A stretch of 64,000 nt of DNA. Origin: a virus (taxonomy: Duplodnaviria; Heunggongvirae; Uroviricota; Caudoviricetes). The notes under the pieces were generated by a model. That model made no database searches. It worked only from the letters and a program-made list of their open reading frames with translations, and was not told the origin of the DNA. This document shows positions 17,954 through 26,225 of the stretch, one piece after another. A program made the translations under genes and the position numbers. Position 1 is the first letter of the stretch. Every line of letters begins with the position of its first letter. The stretch spans positions 38,641 through 102,640 of the IMG/VR virus record IMGVR_UViG_3300024308_000004. One strand, given 5' to 3'.

Positions 17954-19866
17954 GTATGGTTGAATTTGATCTGCTGGAAGTAACCTCGTTCATGGCGATC
18001 GGTGTTGCTCAGGTCAACCTGAAACAACGAGGTCTGGTATTCATTGAAGGCGAGAACCTGGATGACACCAGCGCACGGTCAAACGGCGCTGGCAAGTCTT
18101 CATTGGTCGATGCGATCAGTTGGTGCTTGTATGGCATCACTGCGCGTGGCGTGTCCGGTGATGCTGTCGTCAATCGCCAGGCGGGTAAGGGCACCGAAGT
18201 TGCCATGAATGTCTGGATCGATGGCAAGCTGTGGCGTATCGAACGTGGTCGCAAGCACAAGACCTTGAAGAACCGTGTACGCCTACTCCAGATGGACAGT
18301 GGTACGTGGCACGACTGTACGTTGGGCACGGATAAATTGACCCAAGAGCGCATCGACGCCTTGCTGGGTTGTAACGCAAAGACCTTCAACGATGCCGTGT
18401 ATATGGGCCAAGAGCGCATGGTTGATCTGCCCTCGATGACCGACAAGGTGTTGAAGTCCACGTTGGAACAGGCGCTGTCACTGGACCGGCTCGATGAAGC
18501 ACAGTCCATTGCTTCGATGCGGTTGGAGAACGCCAACATCGCCCATCGTCAGCATCGCTACGATATGGACGACCTGGTCCAAAAGGTCGTAAGCAACACC
18601 GACAAGCTCAAAGCCGCTGAGACCACAAAGATCCAGTTGGAATTCGATATGACCAATATCGAAGAAGAACGCCAGCGATTCCACAAGGATAATCTCCATA
18701 CAGTATCGATCGCAGCCAAAGAAGAAGAGGCTGCAACGTTGGAAGTGGCGCAGTGTATTAGCGCCGTGCGTGATGCGGAACTAGAAGTCGCAAAGGTCAA
18801 GGAAGAAATTAAACTGGTTGCTGCCGAGTCCAAGAAACTATTGGCCAATACCGACAAGCTCTTGGACGTGCTGACTGACATTCGGGCGTCACGTAAAATC
18901 CTGCACGACCACATCAACAATCCTAGTTCATGCACCACATGTAAGCGTCCGTTTGATGACCACGAAGACATTGAAGCCAAGCGTGCCGATCATCAAAAGG
19001 AATATGCTGCATTGGGTGTCAAGCTGGAGAAGGTGGTTCAAAAGCGTGCTGAACTGGCTGACAAGAACACGACGATGGTGACTGCGGCAACACGGGCTGA
19101 ACTGATGGCTGTATCCGCATTGGAATCGGCGCAATCGAAAGTCAAAGCCGCTGAGACCCGCTTGTCGAACGCTAAAGAGATACTGACAAAAGCGCGAACC
19201 AATGATAGGCTGTTGACGTTGGATCGCTGGCTCAAAGAGAAACAGGATCGCCATGATCAAATCGTCCGGGACATGCTCGTTATTGGTGAGGTGATCGCTG
19301 ACGCCACAGGTGAGGTCAAAGAGATTGAGGCGCGTCTGACTGAAAGCCAGGAGCGTATCGATACCTTGGAGCGCGTCAAGCACATCCTGTCACGCAAGGG
19401 TTTCCGTGGTGAAGTCCTGGATCAGGTCACGCCGTATCTGAATGCCCGGACTCAGTATTACCTAACGTGGTTGACTTCGGACAACATCACTGCGACATGG
19501 AACACTGTAACCGTAACCAGTAGTGGCGATCTGTCTGAGAACTTCCATATCAAAGTCGCACATCGTGAAGGCGCAGAGTCCTTTGAGGGCCTGTCTGGTG
19601 GTGAAAAGCGTAAGGTTCGCCTTGCGTGCGCAATGGCTCTGCAAGACTTGGTTGGTACGCGTGCGATCAAGCCTATTAAACTCTTTATCGCCGATGAAAT
19701 CGATGACGCCATTGACGAGTCCGGATTGGAGTTGCTGATGGGCCTACTGGAAGAAAAGGCGAAGTCAGTAGGCACCCTGCTGATTATCAGCCACAATGCG
19801 TTGGGGGATTGGTGCAAGGAAAGCATCACGGTTACCAAGAAAGACGGTGAGACGACCATTAAGTAA
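17950..19866 (+). CDS. SbcC/Rad50-like ATPase (T4 gp46-like)
   Basis: Walker A SNGAGKSSLVDAISWCLYG, a long coiled-coil with a CxxC zinc hook (CTTCKRPF), the ABC signature LSGGEKRKVRLA and D-loop FIADEIDDA. Confidence 0.8.
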   Translation: MSMVEFDLLEVTSFMAIGVAQVNLKQRGLVFIEGENLDDTSARSNGAGKSSLVDAISWCLYGITARGVSGDAVVNRQAGKGTEVAMNVWIDGKLWRIERGRKHKTLKNRVRLLQMDSGTWHDCTLGTDKLTQERIDALLGCNAKTFNDAVYMGQERMVDLPSMTDKVLKSTLEQALSLDRLDEAQSIASMRLENANIAHRQHRYDMDDLVQKVVSNTDKLKAAETTKIQLEFDMTNIEEERQRFHKDNLHTVSIAAKEEEAATLEVAQCISAVRDAELEVAKVKEEIKLVAAESKKLLANTDKLLDVLTDIRASRKILHDHINNPSSCTTCKRPFDDHEDIEAKRADHQKEYAALGVKLEKVVQKRAELADKNTTMVTAATRAELMAVSALESAQSKVKAAETRLSNAKEILTKARTNDRLLTLDRWLKEKQDRHDQIVRDMLVIGEVIADATGEVKEIEARLTESQERIDTLERVKHILSRKGFRGEVLDQVTPYLNARTQYYLTWLTSDNITATWNTVTVTSSGDLSENFHIKVAHREGAESFEGLSGGEKRKVRLACAMALQDLVGTRAIKPIKLFIADEIDDAIDESGLELLMGLLEEKAKSVGTLLIISHNALGDWCKESITVTKKDGETTIK

Positions 19867-19878
19867 CCGCAATATGAT

Positions 19879-19908
19879 ATGTGAGCGCAGATAAACGAGC
19901 GCTCACAT
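19879..19908. promoter_or_regulatory. Perfect 10-bp inverted repeat ATGTGAGCGC-(10 nt)-GCGCTCACAT
   Basis: Lies between the sbcC stop (19866) and the H1-like gene start (19930). No T tract follows, so it looks more like an operator or RNA hairpin than a terminator. Confidence 0.4.
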
Positions 19909-19929
19909 CCCTAACCAAGAGTACACATC

Positions 19930-20538
19930 ATGGCAGTCGCCAAGAAAGCAACCAAGAAGACCACCAAGAAGGTCGTGAAGAAAGCCGTCGCCAAGAAGAC
20001 CGCAGCGCCGAAGAAGGCAGCCACCCCGGTCATCGTCAAGCCCGACCTGAACCTGGCCCGTCGTCAGCTGGCCCACGATTACGTCAACCGCATCAACCTG
20101 CGTGTGGGCGATGAATTTCAGGTGCTCTGGGTCGGTGACTTCAAGACCGACAACCTGATCGGCCAGCAGTGCGACGACTGGCGCAACAAGGAAGACGAAT
20201 ACGTCATCTTCAAGGGCATCAACCACGAAGGCTCGCTGATCTGCGCCGACATTGATGACGAAGACCTGACCTACGAACTGCCGGCCGAGTCCGTCAACGT
20301 CGATGAAATCGACCGCAATGGCGGCAATGGTTCGGTCCGTCTGAACCGTGAATACACTGCCGATCTGTCGAACGTCCGCCACGGCCGCATCGAAGTGGGC
20401 TGCCAGAGCATCGAAGTGTCCGTCGTCCTGGCCCTCGCCGATCGCATCAAGGAAATCCAGGCTGGTGCCACGCGGAAGAATAGCCGCGACGTGACCCTGG
20501 TCGCCGATGGCACCTACGCCGAGCTGGCTTTCAAGTAA
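19930..20538 (+). CDS. Lysine-rich histone H1-like / DNA-binding protein
   Basis: N-terminus AKKATKKTTKKVVKKAVAKKTAAPKKAATP (KK/AKK repeats) followed by a ~150-aa globular domain. Flanked by the IR upstream and a strong terminator downstream. Confidence 0.55.
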   Translation: MAVAKKATKKTTKKVVKKAVAKKTAAPKKAATPVIVKPDLNLARRQLAHDYVNRINLRVGDEFQVLWVGDFKTDNLIGQQCDDWRNKEDEYVIFKGINHEGSLICADIDDEDLTYELPAESVNVDEIDRNGGNGSVRLNREYTADLSNVRHGRIEVGCQSIEVSVVLALADRIKEIQAGATRKNSRDVTLVADGTYAELAFK

Positions 20539-20544
20539 TACCCC

Positions 20545-20578
20545 AAAGGGCATGTCGCAATGACATGCCCTTTTTCTT
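20545..20578 (+). terminator. Rho-independent terminator
   Basis: GGGCATGTC-gcaat-GACATGCCC followed by TTTTTCTTT. Confidence 0.7.
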
Positions 20579-20591
20579 TGAGGATCATCCC

Positions 20592-20831
20592 ATGAACGAA
20601 GCCTTTGAAGTGTTCGGTTACGACGCTCATGATTGCGGGGTCTTGCCCCACGCTATCATGTCATCGATGACTGAGACGCTGCTACGGAATGCCAATGATG
20701 GAGTCCGTACTACATTCGGTCGTCACGCCGAGTTTTTCTACGACAACATCCATCCGAACATGCGTGGAGCAGAATACCCCGGCAACTCAATCAATCCGGA
20801 TCACCAAGCATTCCATCGCCCAAGGAGCTAA
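20592..20831 (+). CDS. Hypothetical protein
   Basis: ATG at 20592 within ORF 20565-20831. Confidence 0.3.
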   Translation: MNEAFEVFGYDAHDCGVLPHAIMSSMTETLLRNANDGVRTTFGRHAEFFYDNIHPNMRGAEYPGNSINPDHQAFHRPRS

Positions 20832-20833
20832 GT

Positions 20834-21073
20834 ATGACCCGTAAACTTTCTGCCGAACAACAGGCAGCCCTGCTGGACGCTGCGATGCGCGTGGACGTTT
20901 CGCACTACCAGCCATTGCAGACCTTCATCGATGCCAACGACCGCGCTCCAACCGTTACCGAGCTGGCTGAATACATCGCCGACATTCGTGTGACCGAAAT
21001 CGTGGCTGTGGCGAATCGCATCGCCAAAGTCGTTGACCGTCCGGAGCCGGAAGATGAACAGGAAAGCGTCTGA
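20834..21073 (+). CDS. Hypothetical protein
   Basis: ORF with an acidic C-terminus. Confidence 0.3.
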   Translation: MTRKLSAEQQAALLDAAMRVDVSHYQPLQTFIDANDRAPTVTELAEYIADIRVTEIVAVANRIAKVVDRPEPEDEQESV

Positions 21074-21254
21074 ACTGACCGAGGATAAAGTTTTCCACAT
21101 CATCCGATCCAAGGGTGAGTTTGTGGTGAACCCTTATCGCACGCAAGGTTACCAACAGAAGTTGGTTGAACAGATGCGCAAGCAGGGAAAGCTATTGCTG
21201 TGCCGTAAGTTCCGCGACCATTGGGTGTATACCCTGCCGAAGGTGGTGCGCTGA
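21054..21254 (+). CDS. Hypothetical basic protein
   Basis: ATG at 21054 within ORF 21033-21254. Overlaps its neighbours by a few nt. Confidence 0.3.
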   Translation: MNRKASELTEDKVFHIIRSKGEFVVNPYRTQGYQQKLVEQMRKQGKLLLCRKFRDHWVYTLPKVVR

Positions 21255-21682
21255 TGGATTTCTGCGTGAAGCGACCTGTTAGCGCAGTGGTCACGCTGAA
21301 AGATGGCCGCATCCTGATCGGTGGGAACGTTTGTACCAATCAACAACCAACATGCCCCCGACAACCAGGAGAAGGCTATGAAAAATGCTACACCGTCTGT
21401 GGACAAATCGGACACGCCGAACAAGTCGCAATCCGGCTTATCGTCGCCGAGCAACTTACTGGGTCAGCAGCTAACCATGTCACGAGTGTGGACGTCTATG
21501 GTCACCATGGACCCTGCGATGCTTGCAAGCGCATGTTGGTTGCTTTCGGTCTGGATAAAGTAACAAAGTTTCATCCGCTGGCCAGCCCGGTCCCACTCGA
21601 TAAGGGTGACATTGACGCCATCAATCGAGAATACGGGCTGTACCAGCTTGGCTCTCACTCAAAACAAAAAGGGGATTGGTAA
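21254..21682 (+). CDS. dCMP/cytidine deaminase family zinc enzyme
   Basis: HAEQVAI ... PCDACKRML zinc-binding motifs (H-A-E ... P-C-x-x-C). Confidence 0.7.
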   Translation: MDFCVKRPVSAVVTLKDGRILIGGNVCTNQQPTCPRQPGEGYEKCYTVCGQIGHAEQVAIRLIVAEQLTGSAANHVTSVDVYGHHGPCDACKRMLVAFGLDKVTKFHPLASPVPLDKGDIDAINREYGLYQLGSHSKQKGDW

Positions 21683-21969
21683 TGCAAATGCTGTTTTTCG
21701 TCGTACTTTGGTTGGCGCTCGCGTGGTACGCAGCCCGACCCATTGCTCGCAAGGCTTTCCAGGACTGTGATTCGGACAACATCGCGGCGTTCATTGGCTG
21801 GTGGGCATTGTTCGCTCTGCTTGTTGCGATCCCGGCACTCATCCTGACTGTTGTATGGCCGGTTACTCTGGTTGGTCTGGCGCTGGGTGCCCTGTACGTG
21901 TTCGTGCCGAAGGTCAAGTCCGTGGTTGATGCCAAGCTGGCACAGATCAAGGAATACGCCGAAGCATGA
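21682..21969 (+). CDS. Small membrane protein (two predicted TM helices)
   Basis: MQMLFFVVLWLALAWYAA and ALFALLVAIPALILTVVWPVTLVGLALGALYVFV hydrophobic segments. Confidence 0.45.
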   Translation: MQMLFFVVLWLALAWYAARPIARKAFQDCDSDNIAAFIGWWALFALLVAIPALILTVVWPVTLVGLALGALYVFVPKVKSVVDAKLAQIKEYAEA

Positions 21970-22286
21970 TCTTCCGTATCCAAGATGAACTGCGGCTTAT
22001 CACGGAAGAGGAAGCTCTGATTACCCATGTGTCAAACGGCAATGTCTTTTGCTGGCGTACATGGCGTCGTGAAGTGGTGCTGAACATCAAGACGACCAAC
22101 AACTGGTCCATCGAGGTGATCTACGATCAACACGGCGTCCAGTTCGTTCGCAAGGCTGTCGGCCCGGACGGTAAGAATCATGTGGGTTGGGCTTCGATCC
22201 CAATCCATAACTTGCTGGACGACGCCGAAATTGCAGCACTGAATACCGAAATGAAATCTGCACTCGGTAGTCTGTTCCCGCTCTAA
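21966..22286 (+). CDS. Hypothetical protein
   Basis: ORF in the gene run. No recognised motif. Confidence 0.35.
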   Translation: MIFRIQDELRLITEEEALITHVSNGNVFCWRTWRREVVLNIKTTNNWSIEVIYDQHGVQFVRKAVGPDGKNHVGWASIPIHNLLDDAEIAALNTEMKSALGSLFPL

Positions 22287-22339
22287 ACTGTTCATGTAAC
22301 AGACAAGCACGTCACACAACAATCACCAGGATCACTCCA

Positions 22340-22582
22340 ATGAACCAACTGAAAAAGCTGTGGGCCCGCCTGCTCCAGCGTTTCGATACTGTCGATGACC
22401 TGCTGGCAGGTTTCGACAAGCACCAGCGCAAGCTGCTGGAAATGTCCGAGCGTCTCCGCGCCCGTGCAGCCAAGCAGGAAGCTGATGCCCAGCGTCTCGT
22501 CGCCGAAGCTGCTGCGAAGTCCGCAGAAGCCGAACGCGCGGTCACCGTGGCGGATCGTTTCGCCAACCTGTTGTCCAAGTAA
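22340..22582 (+). CDS. Hypothetical coiled-coil protein
   Basis: ORF. Ala/Glu/Arg-rich helical sequence. Confidence 0.3.
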   Translation: MNQLKKLWARLLQRFDTVDDLLAGFDKHQRKLLEMSERLRARAAKQEADAQRLVAEAAAKSAEAERAVTVADRFANLLSK

Positions 22583-22602
22583 CACCAACCAAGAGAGCCG
22601 CA

Positions 22603-22752
22603 ATGAAAGTCACCTGCAAGTGCAAGCATGAATTCCAGGATGCAACCCTGGGTAAGGGTGTCCGTCACACCACTCCCGTCAACAAGTCCAAGAAGGACGG
22701 GAAGGTGATCGAACATCGCTGCACGGTCTGCGGCACGACCCACCGGTCGTAA
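22603..22752 (+). CDS. Small zinc-ribbon protein (50 aa)
   Basis: Not in the ORF track because it is under 60 aa. CKCKHEF ... CTVCGT cysteine pairs. Confidence 0.3.
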   Translation: MKVTCKCKHEFQDATLGKGVRHTTPVNKSKKDGKVIEHRCTVCGTTHRS

Positions 22753-22791
22753 TCGCATCAACAACCAATTCAACACAAAGGTATCAGAACC

Positions 22792-23247
22792 ATGAGTAAG
22801 AACAACGCCAAGTCCAACTTCGATCCGGAAGTGAAGTTCATCCACATGCGCTACCGTGATGGCGCCGGCAACATCCTGTCCTCGGGCGGCACCACGTTCG
22901 CGTACCGCGCAGTCGAAGGTGGCATCCAGTACGCCCACGCTCGCTGCCATCCGAACGACAACTACGTCAAGTCCCTGGGCCGCGTCAAGGCGCACGGTCG
23001 TCTGGCGTCCAAGTCCTCGCACACCTTCGCCGGTGTCGAGCAGGACTTCCTGAACACCCTGGAAGCGCAGGCTGAAGGCTGGAACAAGGCCGAGCAGTTC
23101 ACCGTGTTGCAGATGGGCTACGATCCGGGCGACGCCGTCCAGATGTTCCGCAAGTTCAACGGCAAGCGCAAGGGTCGTGCGCTGACCGACGCCGATGCCG
23201 CAGCCGATCTGGCTGGCGAACCGCGTCCGGATGCTCCGAGCGCCTAA
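22792..23247 (+). CDS. Hypothetical protein
   Basis: 151-aa ORF with a plausible RBS. Precedes the tRNA island. Confidence 0.45.
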   Translation: MSKNNAKSNFDPEVKFIHMRYRDGAGNILSSGGTTFAYRAVEGGIQYAHARCHPNDNYVKSLGRVKAHGRLASKSSHTFAGVEQDFLNTLEAQAEGWNKAEQFTVLQMGYDPGDAVQMFRKFNGKRKGRALTDADAAADLAGEPRPDAPSA

Positions 23248-23298
23248 GGTGTTGACGCAGGAGGGCTAGGGCTTTATACTAGCCCTCCTGTATGAAGT

Positions 23299-23373
23299 AG
23301 GGCCGTAGCTGAGTGGTTTAGCTCTCGCCTTTTAAGCGAGTTGACGTGGGTTCGATCCCCACCGGCCCCACCA
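23299..23373 (+). tRNA. tRNA-Lys (anticodon TTT)
   Basis: Anticodon stem CTCGC/GCGAG with loop cTTTTaa. T-arm GTGGG-TTCGATC-CCCAC. 3' CCA encoded. Exact acceptor register uncertain. Confidence 0.7.
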
Positions 23374-23390
23374 ACATGAGTATCTTTAGG

Positions 23391-23466
23391 TGTGTGCGTT
23401 GACTGTATTGGTTCAGTCGCCTGATTGTGAGTCAGGAGCATGTGGGTTCAATTCCCATCGTACACC
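23391..23466 (+). tRNA. tRNA-His (anticodon GTG)
   Basis: Acceptor GTGTGCG/CGTACAC, D-stem GACT/AGTC, anticodon stem CCTGA/TCAGG with loop ttGTGag. T-arm GTGGG-TTCAATT-CCCAT. Position -1 is T, so no G-1 is encoded. C73. Confidence 0.7.
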
Positions 23467-23480
23467 CCTAAAGGTATTTA

Positions 23481-23568
23481 GGATAATTAGACGTTTAAGG
23501 AGAACGCCCCGGCTGTAACCCGGGTACCCTAACGGGTCCGCAAGGTTCGGTACCTTGATTATCCACCA
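23481..23568 (+). tRNA. tRNA-Tyr (anticodon GTA), class II with long variable arm
   Basis: Acceptor GGATAAT/ATTATCC plus A plus CCA. Anticodon stem CCCGG/CCGGG with loop ctGTAac. Variable-arm hairpin ACCC-taac-GGGT. T-arm CAAGG-TTCGGTA-CCTTG. Confidence 0.7.
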
Positions 23569-23692
23569 CATTGGACGTAAACGAAAAAGGCGTTATAGTA
23601 GGTAGAGTGCCGAGAACGCCTGAAAGACCCGAAGGTCTACGGACTAGTGAAGCTCTAGGCTCTACACGTCCAACCACACAGTAGGAGGTAAC

Positions 23693-23779
23693 ATGCTGAT
23701 CGTACAAGGCTTATTGTTCTTTGCCGTGATGCTCGCTGCCTTCTACGCCGTATGGAAAATCGGCACAACGAAAAAGTGA
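23693..23779 (+). CDS. Tiny hydrophobic peptide (28 aa) inside the tRNA island
   Basis: MLIVQGLLFFAVMLAAFYAVWKIGTTKK, preceded by an AGGAGG RBS. Confidence 0.2.
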   Translation: MLIVQGLLFFAVMLAAFYAVWKIGTTKK

Positions 23780-23859
23780 GGGGTCTTTATACCGTTAGGT
23801 GATTAGACTGTGGATACAAGTCGGGCTCTGTTGTTCACCCGAATCCTCACGAATGTTTA

Positions 23860-23936
23860 GGATTGTAAGCACAAGTGGTATATGCACCGGCCTGTTAAGC
23901 CGGGGACAGATGGTTCGAGTCCATCACAATCCGCCA
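23860..23936 (+). tRNA. tRNA-Asn (anticodon GTT)
   Basis: Acceptor GGATTGT/ACAATCC plus G plus CCA. Anticodon stem CCGGC/GCCGG with loop ctGTTaa. T-arm GATGG-TTCGAGT-CCATC. Confidence 0.7.
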
Positions 23937-24024
23937 GCCCGAATAGAGTCCGCATACAAAAACCGGGTAGCTCTCAATGGTTGTAGGTGACGATGGGTTT
24001 GTATAGGAACCTTCATGAATTCAT

Positions 24025-24101
24025 AGGCGCGTGGTGAAGTGGTCCAACACAGCAGACTTTGACTCTGCCATTCCTAGGTTCAAATCCTAGCGCGTCTGCC
24101 A
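24025..24101 (+). tRNA. tRNA-Gln (anticodon TTG)
   Basis: Acceptor AGGCGCG/CGCGTCT (one G-U pair) plus G plus CCA. Anticodon stem GCAGA/TCTGC with loop ctTTGac. T-arm CTAGG-TTCAAAT-CCTAG. Confidence 0.7.
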
Positions 24102-24120
24102 AACAACAAACGAGGACACT

Positions 24121-24393
24121 ATGAAAATCGGTGACATTGCAGCACACGGGCGTTACACTAACCGGATTGGTTTCGTTACTGCGGTCAACCACGCATCACA
24201 TGGTCCGATCAGTTCCTACGAAGTCGAGTGGCTGAACGGCTCGCAACAGGGCAAGCGGGATACGATTAGCGCATGGAACGTTGTTGACATGCAGGAAGCT
24301 CTGGAATCAGCGCGTGCCGAAGTCAACCGTCGTGAAAGCGACCTCATCAAGTGGTGTCACGCAGCAGCAATCGCAAAGATCGCCGTCAAGTAA
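24121..24393 (+). CDS. Hypothetical protein embedded in the tRNA island
   Basis: 90-aa ORF between tRNA-Gln and tRNA-Trp. Confidence 0.4.
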   Translation: MKIGDIAAHGRYTNRIGFVTAVNHASHGPISSYEVEWLNGSQQGKRDTISAWNVVDMQEALESARAEVNRRESDLIKWCHAAAIAKIAVK

Positions 24394-24397
24394 CAAA

Positions 24398-24473
24398 GTT
24401 TGGGTAGCTCAACAGGCAGAGCGCTGGTCTCCAAAACCAGAGGTTGTGAGTTCGACTCTCACCCCATTCGCCA
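24398..24473 (+). tRNA. tRNA-Trp (anticodon CCA), imperfect acceptor stem
   Basis: D-arm GCTC...GAGC. Anticodon stem CTGGT/ACCAG with loop ctCCAaa. T-arm GTGAG-TTCGACT-CTCAC. The acceptor GTTTGGG/CCCATTC has two U-U mismatches, so it may be a degenerate copy. Confidence 0.55.
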
Positions 24474-24563
24474 GTAAGAGCCGAAGTGAGAACTGGGGTA
24501 CGCCGCGAGGTCCCAGCGAGTCTGTTCCGACTATAAAAGTGTCTCACAAAGGCTCGATGTATC

Positions 24564-24639
24564 GCCGGTATAGCTCAGATGGTAGAGCAGCGCACTTGTA
24601 ATGCGCAGGTCCTGGGTTCGATGCCTAGTGCCGGCACCA
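24564..24639 (+). tRNA. tRNA-Thr (anticodon TGT)
   Basis: Clean cloverleaf. Acceptor GCCGGTA/TGCCGGC plus A plus CCA. D GCTC/GAGC. Anticodon stem GCGCA/TGCGC with loop ctTGTaa. T-arm CTGGG-TTCGATG-CCTAG. Confidence 0.85.
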
Positions 24640-24685
24640 CAAACCCGCTGTACGCCCCGGGGATAACGGGTGTACGACAAATTAC

Positions 24686-24762
24686 TGCGGGTTAGCTCAG
24701 TGGTTTAGAGCGTTCGGCTGATAACCGAGAGGTCGGGAGTTCAAATCTCTCACCCGCAACCA
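24686..24762 (+). tRNA. tRNA-Ile (anticodon GAT)
   Basis: Acceptor TGCGGGT/ACCCGCA plus A plus CCA. D GCTC/GAGC. Anticodon stem TTCGG/CCGAG with loop ctGATaa. T-arm GGGAG-TTCAAAT-CTCTC. Confidence 0.8.
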
Positions 24763-24896
24763 AAAGAGTCAGCGTGCGGGGTTCGAGACCCCGGTAGTCC
24801 GCGAGAGGGCTAAGTATTGCGGTACGACGTTGCACCTAAGTGACTATACTGGTATAGTCCGCTCCGGGGTCAGGCGTTATTGGCCTCATGTATTTA

Positions 24897-24973
24897 ACCG
24901 AGTGTAGCTCAATCTGGTGGAGCAACGCGTTTGGGGCGCGAAGGCTGGGAGTTCAAATCTCTCCGCTCGGACC
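24897..24973 (+). tRNA. tRNA-Pro (anticodon TGG)
   Basis: Acceptor CCGAGTG/CGCTCGG plus A plus CCA. D GCTC/GAGC. Anticodon stem CGCG/CGCG with loop ttTGGgg. T-arm GGGAG-TTCAAAT-CTCTC. Confidence 0.7.
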
Positions 24974-25170
24974 AAAAATGGAGGTGGTCTGCTAGGTGGA
25001 TTAGAAACCCATCGAGCATTGTTAGCCTCCAGATAAATGAGGTAGTTATTAGTAACGGCTGTAGGGCCGCCAACGTAAGACGCCTCAGATAAATAGGTGT
25101 TGAAACGGCCTTGTGTGGGCACTGTTCTGTTCCAACCTAGTTGCTAACAGTTCCAGACACCTAGATACAA

Positions 25171-25200
25171 AAAGGCCCCTCATTGAGGGGCCTTTTCTTT
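25171..25200. terminator. Bidirectional hairpin terminator AGGCCCCTC-att-GAGGGGCCT
   Basis: A runs precede and T runs follow the GC-rich stem. It closes the first tRNA block and also serves the convergent minus-strand ORF. Confidence 0.6.
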
Positions 25201-25364
25201 TACGAGCCTTGTGGCGGCTGTGCTTCCTGCAACTGCTGCACTTGGAACTCCAACATCTGAATACGACGAGACAGGTTAACAATCTGTGCCGGTGACGGGT
25301 CATCCCAGTTCGTCAGGGGTACAGCGTTGGGATCAAAGTCAAACGGTAAATCAGCCATCTCTAC
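25200..25364 (-). CDS. Possible minus-strand small protein (MADLPFDFDPN...)
   Basis: Internal ATG of minus ORF 25200-25421. Convergent with the bidirectional terminator. Acidic/Pro-rich N-terminus and Q-rich coiled C-terminus. Confidence 0.25.
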   Translation of the reverse strand, partial: VEMADLPFDFDPNAVPLTNWDDPSPAQIVNLSRRIQMLEFQVQQLQEAQPPQGS

Positions 25365-25421
25365 TACTCCTACTCCACGAATACAAGTGTCCATTGTCCC
25401 GCAAAAGTACATGCAGGTCAA

Positions 25422-25811
25422 ATGATTGCCACGTCATCCCTGTTCTATACTTGTCGCATGTTGATATACGCACGCACTCCAAAATCAAAACGCTACAAGC
25501 GTCCGGGCATGGGTGATGTAGCCAAGAAGTTACCCAAGCAGAAGTTCAAACCCAAAGCTGCGCCGAAAGAAACAAAGTTCCGCGCAGAAGGTACTGAAAA
25601 GTATCGCTCCAAGATTGACGAACACTTGGCGAATAACGAACCGGTCAACAAACAACCGTTACGTTATGAGGATGCAGACATGGCAGCACGCGAAGCGGAA
25701 GCGCAAAAAGAAATCAAGCGCAAGTCCGAATGCGTAGCGCCGGCATTCAACAAGGGAAATCTTACTTACATCGCTACCGAGGAACAAGCGAAGTGGGTAG
25801 GTAGAAAGTAA
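25422..25811 (+). CDS. Hypothetical basic (Lys-rich) protein
   Basis: ORF. Start uncertain, with alternative ATGs at 25458 and 25509. Confidence 0.35.
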   Translation: MIATSSLFYTCRMLIYARTPKSKRYKRPGMGDVAKKLPKQKFKPKAAPKETKFRAEGTEKYRSKIDEHLANNEPVNKQPLRYEDADMAAREAEAQKEIKRKSECVAPAFNKGNLTYIATEEQAKWVGRK

Positions 25812-25847
25812 CAAATCATCCGCAAAATCTCACTGAGGCTCGGTATA

Positions 25848-26111
25848 ATGCGTACCAACAAAGGCTTTACCCTCATCGAACTGATGATCGTGATGGCTAT
25901 TATTGGCATCCTGGCGTCGATCTTCTACCCCATGTGGCGTGATCGCAACCTGACGGACTATCAGCGCCAGCAAAAACGCGAAGCCCTGCAACGTGAGTAC
26001 GCCAACACAGGCGTCCGTTGCATCGGTGGTTACAAGTTTGCACAACCGGACTGGAACAATCCGCCCGTGCAGATCAAGGACAACACTGGTAACGGGATTC
26101 CGTGCCAGTAA
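25848..26111 (+). CDS. Type IVa prepilin-like protein
   Basis: N-terminus MRTNKG/FTLIELMIVMAIIGILASI: a short basic leader, then Gly-Phe and the conserved Glu5 hydrophobic helix. C-terminal Cys pair (C...C, ~28 aa apart) typical of the pilin disulfide D-region. The CGGTATAATG motif overlaps the start. Confidence 0.75.
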   Translation: MRTNKGFTLIELMIVMAIIGILASIFYPMWRDRNLTDYQRQQKREALQREYANTGVRCIGGYKFAQPDWNNPPVQIKDNTGNGIPCQ

Positions 26112-26225
26112 GTAAATGGTTAGAAGTGGTCGTCTAAACCTCCATGCAAGTCGGGAAGAGACTTGGGCTATTCGGATCAGGACACTGCCGTTTGAGGCAG
26201 AGATAATCTTCAACCAGATTTAAAC

